This document shows positions 26,811 through 32,000 of a DNA stretch of 32,000 nucleotides, in pieces; position 1 is the first letter of the stretch; every line of letters starts with the position of its first letter. The notes beneath the pieces are model-generated. The model saw nothing but the letters and a program-made list of their open reading frames with translations. It had not been told where the DNA came from and did no database searches. Source of the DNA: Pseudoalteromonas tetraodonis (GTDB lineage: Bacteria; Pseudomonadota; Gammaproteobacteria; Enterobacterales; Alteromonadaceae); contig NZ_CP011041.1 in the NCBI RefSeq assembly GCF_002310835.1, forward strand, positions 1,170,001-1,202,000, in the 5' to 3' direction. A program made the translations under genes and the position numbers.

Positions 26811-27402
26811 AATCTGCTTCCATCGTAAGTCGTTGTTCACTGAACCACTTGACCACCAAAGGATAAATTATGTGCTCTTGCGCATGCACACGCTTAGCGA
26901 GCGTGTCTGCTGTATCGTCTGCTAATACAGGCACTTTGGCTTGAAGAATAACGGGTCCGCCGTCTAATTCTTCAGTAACAAAGTGAACACTAACGCCGTG
27001 AATGTCGTCTTTTGCATCAATTGCTCTTTGGTGGGTATTCAGCCCCTGATACTTAGGCAACAAAGATGGATGAATGTTCAACATTTTTCCAACATATTTT
27101 TGCACTAAGCTAGGAGTTAGAATACGCATAAACCCAGCTAATACAACTAGATTTGGTTCAAAAGAGTCAATTATATGCATTAATTGGGCATCGTACGCTT
27201 CGCGTGAGTCAAACTCTTTATGACTCAGCACGTGTGTGGCAATACCTGCATTTTTTGCACGCTCTAACCCATAAGCGTCTGCTTTGTTACTAATAACAGC
27301 CGCTATATGGGCGTTTATCTCGCCGCTTTCACAGGCGTCTATAATGGCTTGTAAATTTGAGCCACTGCCTGAGATCAAAACTACTAGACGAGTGGGTGCC
27401 AT
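26755..27402 (-). CDS. purN: Phosphoribosylglycinamide formyltransferase
   Basis: VLISGSGSNLQAIID, GFMRIL, NIHPSLLPKYQG and HGVSVHFVTEELDGGP are canonical PurN motifs. The start overlaps the purM stop. Confidence 0.95.
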   Translation of the reverse strand: MAPTRLVVLISGSGSNLQAIIDACESGEINAHIAAVISNKADAYGLERAKNAGIATHVLSHKEFDSREAYDAQLMHIIDSFEPNLVVLAGFMRILTPSLVQKYVGKMLNIHPSLLPKYQGLNTHQRAIDAKDDIHGVSVHFVTEELDGGPVILQAKVPVLADDTADTLAKRVHAQEHIIYPLVVKWFSEQRLTMEADYAVLDEKQLPAHGAHYPK

Positions 27403-28454
27403 TACGCAGCACCACCTACAATTTCAACTTGCTCTTCGCCAGCAACTGCATCTTGGATTTCACCAAGGTGCCATGCGTTCTCGCCAAGATCTTTTAAGAT
27501 ATTTAAGCTATTTTCAAGCTCATCCGCAGGTACAACTAACACCATGCCTACACCACAGTTAAATGTGCGGTACATTTCGTGTGTTGTAATGTTGCCGTTT
27601 TCTTGCAACCAGCTAAACACACTTGGCCACTGCCAGCTATTACCTTTAACAACCGCTTTAGCAGATTCAGGTAATACGCGTGGGATATTTTCCCAAAAAC
27701 CGCCACCAGTAATATGCGAAAGGGCATGCACGTCTACTTGCTTGAACAACTCAAGTAATGGTTTAACGTAAATACGTGTTGGTTCTAAAAGGTGCTCACC
27801 TAAGGTTTTGCCATCAATCACTTGGTTAGTATCAGCGTTAGAGACTTCTAAAACTTTACGAATTAAAGAGAAACCATTTGAGTGAGGACCGCTAGAAGCA
27901 AGGGCAATAAGTTGATCGCCTGCAGCTACTTTAGTGCCATCAATAATTTTTGATTTTTCTACCACACCGGTACAAAAGCCTGCCATGTCGTAGTCTTCAC
28001 CATCATACATACCTGGCATTTCAGCTGTTTCGCCACCAATTAGGGCACAACCTGAAATTTCACAACCTTTACCAATACCGGTTACTACGTCGGCTGCTGT
28101 GTCTACATCTAGTTTACCCGTTGCATAGTAATCTAGAAAAAACAGGGGTTCAGCGCCTTGTACTATTAAATCATTTACACACATCGCAACTAAGTCGATA
28201 CCTACAGTATCGTGCTTTTTAAGGTCAATTGCTAAGCGTAACTTAGTGCCAACACCGTCAGTGCCTGCTACAAGTACAGGTTGCTTATAACCTTCAGGAA
28301 TTTCGCAAAGTGCGCCAAAACCACCAATTCCGCCCATCACTTCAGGACGACGAGTTTTTTTAACTACGCCTTTAATACGCTCAACAAGTGCATTACCAGC
28401 GTCGATATCTACGCCCGCGTCTTTATAGCTTAGAGACTGTTTTTGTTCGCTCAC
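27402..28454 (-). CDS. purM: Phosphoribosylformylglycinamidine cyclo-ligase (AIR synthetase)
   Basis: [41 protein letters not shown] and [11 protein letters not shown] are canonical PurM motifs. Confidence 0.95.
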   Translation of the reverse strand: MSEQKQSLSYKDAGVDIDAGNALVERIKGVVKKTRRPEVMGGIGGFGALCEIPEGYKQPVLVAGTDGVGTKLRLAIDLKKHDTVGIDLVAMCVNDLIVQGAEPLFFLDYYATGKLDVDTAADVVTGIGKGCEISGCALIGGETAEMPGMYDGEDYDMAGFCTGVVEKSKIIDGTKVAAGDQLIALASSGPHSNGFSLIRKVLEVSNADTNQVIDGKTLGEHLLEPTRIYVKPLLELFKQVDVHALSHITGGGFWENIPRVLPESAKAVVKGNSWQWPSVFSWLQENGNITTHEMYRTFNCGVGMVLVVPADELENSLNILKDLGENAWHLGEIQDAVAGEEQVEIVGGAA

Positions 28455-28593
28455 AGGTTTTCCTCAAAATAGTTGTTTTGATGCTTACTTAGAAACGCGC
28501 GTATTTTACAACAATTGCAAGGGCGCGGCTAGTTGAAATCTGGATTTGATTTTAAAGACAAGGACACTTGTCCGCTAGTTGCTGTATTAGTAA

Positions 28594-28622
28594 ACAAAAA
28601 AAGCGCCCAATGGCGCTTTTTA
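28594..28622 (-). terminator. Rho-independent terminator of cmoA-cmoB
   Basis: The minus strand reads aaaagcgccattgggcgcttttttt, a GC stem (agcgcc/ggcgct) followed by a T-run. Confidence 0.7.
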
Positions 28623-28650
28623 ATATGGAAATAAAAATTAATACTACAAA

Positions 28651-29619
28651 TTAGGCTTTAGCTGTAAGTATCGCTCTAAGTGGTGCAGGGTAGCCTTCAA
28701 TGGTTTTACTGGTGTCAGCGGGGTCTAAAAAGTCAACTAAAGATTCGTTTTCCATCCAGTCAGTTTTACGCTGCTCGTCGAGCGTTGTAATAGCACAATC
28801 TTTAATTTTCACATCTTTAAAGCCAACACGTTCCATCCACAGCTTTAGTGCCGCAGTGCTTGGAATAAACCATACATTACGCATTTTTGCGTAGCGGTCG
28901 GTCGGAACCAGTACGGTGTTTTCATCGCCTTCAATAACTAAAGTTTCAAGTACTAGCTCACCACCAGGGCGAAGCTGTGCCTTTAATTGCGCTAAAAAGT
29001 CGATAGGTGAGCGACGGTGATAAAGTACTCCCATCGAAAATACCGTATCAAATGCTTTAAGCTCTGGCAGGGCTTCTACACCTAATGGTAATAAATGCAC
29101 GTTTTCATCAGGGTTGAAGTGTTTAATTGCCTGAAACTGGCACAAAAATAAGTCAGATGGGTCAATACCCACCACAAACTGTGCACCTTCACCGCGCATA
29201 CGCCATAAGTGATATCCCGAGCCACAACCAATATCTAATACAGTACGGCCTTTTAATGGCTCAATATGCGGTAGGAGTCGATCCCATTTCCAGTCACTGC
29301 GCCATTCTGTATTAATATCGATACCGTGAACGTTAAACGGGCCTTTACGCCAAGGCATCATTCGTTTTAATAAATGCGTGGTTTGCTTTTTTTCGCCTTC
29401 AGTCATTTCGCCAGGCGCGCCTATTGCTACTTTGCTGACAATATCAACGTGGTTTGTTGATACCTCAGGTAAGTTTTTTAGTACTTTTTGCCATTGAGGC
29501 AAATCGCCATGGCTAGCCTCTTGTTGCCAATGCTTTAATTGCGCAGGCAAGGTTTCTAGCCAGTGGCTAAGTGGGCTTTGTGCAATTGCAGCGTAAAATT
29601 GGTTAAACCATGCAGACAT
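28651..29619 (-). CDS. cmoB: tRNA U34 carboxymethyltransferase
   Basis: 322 aa. The motifs W..H......[21 protein letters not shown] and DIGCGSGYH are typical CmoB. It lies immediately downstream of cmoA. Confidence 0.92.
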   Translation of the reverse strand: MSAWFNQFYAAIAQSPLSHWLETLPAQLKHWQQEASHGDLPQWQKVLKNLPEVSTNHVDIVSKVAIGAPGEMTEGEKKQTTHLLKRMMPWRKGPFNVHGIDINTEWRSDWKWDRLLPHIEPLKGRTVLDIGCGSGYHLWRMRGEGAQFVVGIDPSDLFLCQFQAIKHFNPDENVHLLPLGVEALPELKAFDTVFSMGVLYHRRSPIDFLAQLKAQLRPGGELVLETLVIEGDENTVLVPTDRYAKMRNVWFIPSTAALKLWMERVGFKDVKIKDCAITTLDEQRKTDWMENESLVDFLDPADTSKTIEGYPAPLRAILTAKA

Positions 29620-29634
29620 GTGTCACTCTCTAAA

Positions 29635-30360
29635 TTATTTAATTGCTACCATTGAGCAAAAATTAAAACATTGATACCACACTTGCGTTTGGCTAAAACC
29701 AATGTCGCTTAAACGCTGTGTATGTGTGCTAAGTGTATCGGGGCGCATTACGTTTTCAATGGCGGTACGCTTTTGGCTTATTTCAAGCTCAGAGTAGCCA
29801 TTATGACGTTTAAAGTCGTGGTGCAAGTCAATCAGTAAGTTATCGCATTGCTCGTTTTCGGCTTTAATTTTTTCACTTAATAGCAAAACGCCACCGGGCT
29901 TTAAATTAGCGTATATTTTTTCAAGTACCGCTTTGCGCTGCGCAGGTGGAATAAACTGCAGAGTAAAATTCATCGCTACTACTGAGGCATTTTGAATATC
30001 AAGCTCGTTAATATCACCTAATGTAACCGTTACAGGAACGTCCGATCTGAACCCTTGTAAATGGACCTTACAACGCTCCACCATGGCTTGTGAGTTATCT
30101 ACAGCAATAATGTGGCAGCTATCTGTTTGAATATTACGGCGCATACTTAGGGTAACCGCCCCTAACGAGCAGCCTAGGTCATACAAATTTGAATTTGGCT
30201 GAGCATACTCGCCCGCTAATTTTCCCATGGTACTTACTATGGTGGCGTAACCGGGTACCGAGCGTTGGATCATGTCGGGAAATACTTCAACCACGTTTTG
30301 ATCAAAACTAAAGTCTTTTACTTGTTGCTCAGAGGCATAAATACTGTCTTTTATACTCAC
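29635..30360 (-). CDS. cmoA: Carboxy-S-adenosyl-L-methionine synthase
   Basis: FSFDQNVVEVFPDMIQRSVPGY, DLGCSLG, NFTLQF and SEK...HHDFKRHNGYSELEISQKR are canonical CmoA. Confidence 0.92.
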   Translation of the reverse strand: MSIKDSIYASEQQVKDFSFDQNVVEVFPDMIQRSVPGYATIVSTMGKLAGEYAQPNSNLYDLGCSLGAVTLSMRRNIQTDSCHIIAVDNSQAMVERCKVHLQGFRSDVPVTVTLGDINELDIQNASVVAMNFTLQFIPPAQRKAVLEKIYANLKPGGVLLLSEKIKAENEQCDNLLIDLHHDFKRHNGYSELEISQKRTAIENVMRPDTLSTHTQRLSDIGFSQTQVWYQCFNFCSMVAIK

Positions 30361-30476
30361 GAAGGCAGTCTCTTTGAAAATAATAGTGCTATTTTAACAT
30401 TTTATGCTGGATAGTCAGTGATAAATTCAGTAGCTTGACTAGAATTATGAAGAATAAGTATAAAAGAGATTATTAA

Positions 30477-31160
30477 ATGAGCAAAAGTAAGGTTATTAGT
30501 ACCGACGATATATTAGCAACATTATGCCACTCAGTAACGGGTGTACTTTCATCAGCCAGCGGCAACGAGATCAGCTATTCAGCCATGGTACAAAAAATAA
30601 CGCGTACTTGTATGCGACCAGACATAGGCTGTTTTGTTTTATTTGACGGGGGCTTTACCGGCTTAGTTGTTACCAACTTTACAGCGCAAGCGGCCATGGA
30701 AATTTACGGCGATTATATGCGTAACATGGGTATGCCAGAAGACGAAATCGCGCATAGTCACTTATCTGATGACGTTTCAAACGTGATGGGTGAGTTGATG
30801 AACCAAATAGTGGGCGACTTCACGTCAAAAGTGCGTGAACAACTGCATACCTCTATTACCCAAAATCAGCCAAAAATGATGGCTATTAATAAACAGGTGC
30901 AAATATCGGTTGATACCACTATGGATCGCCCGCAAGCTCGCCGTGTAACGTTTACAACTCGCAATCAAAATATCTTCTATTTAGAATTGGCGATGGATAA
31001 AACAGAGTTTATTAAACTTCACGACTTTGACATTGTAGAAGCGATAGACCCAGACGATATTATCGAAAATGAGGCTAAGCAAAAAGCGGATAAAGAAAAA
31101 GCGAAACAGCCAAAGCAAGATGATAGCGATGACGACTTTATGGCCGAATTAGGGCTTTAA
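30477..31160 (+). CDS. CheX/CheC-fold-like protein (possibly DUF3334) with a highly charged C-terminal tail
   Basis: GCFVLFDGGFTGLVVTNF and DDVSNVMGELMNQIVGDF resemble the CheX/CheC G-rich strand and the D..GE..N.i.G motif. The C-terminal roughly 45 aa are K/D/E-rich. Confidence 0.5.
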   Translation: MSKSKVISTDDILATLCHSVTGVLSSASGNEISYSAMVQKITRTCMRPDIGCFVLFDGGFTGLVVTNFTAQAAMEIYGDYMRNMGMPEDEIAHSHLSDDVSNVMGELMNQIVGDFTSKVREQLHTSITQNQPKMMAINKQVQISVDTTMDRPQARRVTFTTRNQNIFYLELAMDKTEFIKLHDFDIVEAIDPDDIIENEAKQKADKEKAKQPKQDDSDDDFMAELGL

Positions 31161-31244
31161 CGTTTTTACGTAGGCTGGGTTAAGTGAAACGAAACCTAAC
31201 ACGCTTTTAAGCTCTTAGCTGTCAGATTAGAAAGTGACAATAAT

Positions 31245-31270
31245 AAAAACGCGATGTATATCGCGTTTTT
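31245..31270. terminator. Bidirectional Rho-independent terminator
   Basis: aaaaacgcgat (31245-31255) / atcgcgttttt (31260-31270) with a 4-nt loop, flanked by A and T runs, between convergent genes. Confidence 0.8.
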
Positions 31271-31314
31271 TGTTAACGAGGGCTTTCATTGTGAACTCGT
31301 GTGTCATTATTTTG

Positions 31315-31870
<556 letters not shown>

Positions 31871-31897
31871 TATTGTCTCTGTATTTTGAATTTATTT

Positions 31898-32000
31898 TTA
31901 AAAAAGTGCTTGCTGGTGGGCTTCTTTTTCGCCACTAAATGGGTTGAGTACATTGTGATTATACCCCAAATCTTGGCAAAACTGACGAGCAAGCAGCGGC
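31898..32000 (-). CDS. Possible 3' end of an unidentified gene truncated by the window edge
   Basis: A minus-strand frame is open from the edge (…PLLARQFCQDLGYNHNVLNPFSGEKEAHQQALF*) with TAA at 31898-31900. A second frame is also open, so the call is tentative. Confidence 0.25.
   Translation of the reverse strand, partial: PLLARQFCQDLGYNHNVLNPFSGEKEAHQQALF

Noticed and set aside
28455-28560. Possible PurR box upstream of purM (minus strand ...ATACGCGCGTTTCTAA...)
   Set aside because: It resembles only the outer half-sites of the ACGCAAACGTTTTCTT consensus and is about 3 bp too short in the centre. The match is not good enough to call without a genome-specific motif model.
31950-31985. TTGCCA ... 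TATAAT on the minus strand near the window end, as a possible promoter
   Set aside because: The spacer is only about 10 bp, and the region is probably coding (two open frames run to the window edge).

Overview
This window looks like a chromosomal, mostly housekeeping segment of a marine gammaproteobacterium. An Alteromonadales or Pseudoalteromonas-like origin is my inference from gene content and AT-rich intergenic DNA, and it is not verified.

Gene order from left to right:
- End of an Mrp/Mnh cation/H+ antiporter operon (subunits F and G), then a DUF2059 periplasmic protein.
- A copper module: MerR-family regulator, CopA P1B-ATPase and a membrane-anchored cupredoxin, followed by a TIGR02450-like Trp-rich protein.
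- Three tandem genes for roughly 70-aa secreted two-EF-hand proteins, then a Cache/PDC-like sensor fused to a 4-TM module.
- An M28 aminopeptidase and a Tat-exported GH109-like Gfo/Idh/MocA enzyme.
- A block with the same gene order as E. coli K-12: mltD-gloB-yafS-rnhA-dnaQ-(one extra exported protein)-tRNA-Asp. Here the tRNA is a head-to-tail array of seven identical copies.
- About 4.8 kb of apparently accessory DNA between the tRNA array and fadE: a decayed XRE-HTH/membrane gene, an S9 lipoprotein peptidase, and a short deviant ABC ATPase with a polytopic membrane partner.
- fadE, yafJ, DUF3108, purN-purM, cmoB-cmoA, a CheX-like protein and a YgjP/DUF45 metallopeptidase.

I see no CRISPR array, transposase, integrase, phage genes or recognisable defence or toxin system, and no convincing novel multi-gene system.

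The observations most worth following up:
- The (TA)n-frameshifted XRE-membrane gene in the tRNA-Asp-proximal accessory segment.
- The orphan ABC ATPase and membrane-protein pair, which ends flush against the fadE stop codon.
- The triplicated mini EF-hand genes behind a 578-bp noncoding leader.
- The output-less Cache-like membrane protein.
- Two unrelated heptanucleotide microsatellites.
- The MerR regulator with a non-CueR cysteine pattern in front of a Cu(I)-type ATPase.

All product calls rest on motif recognition by eye. No database search was run.
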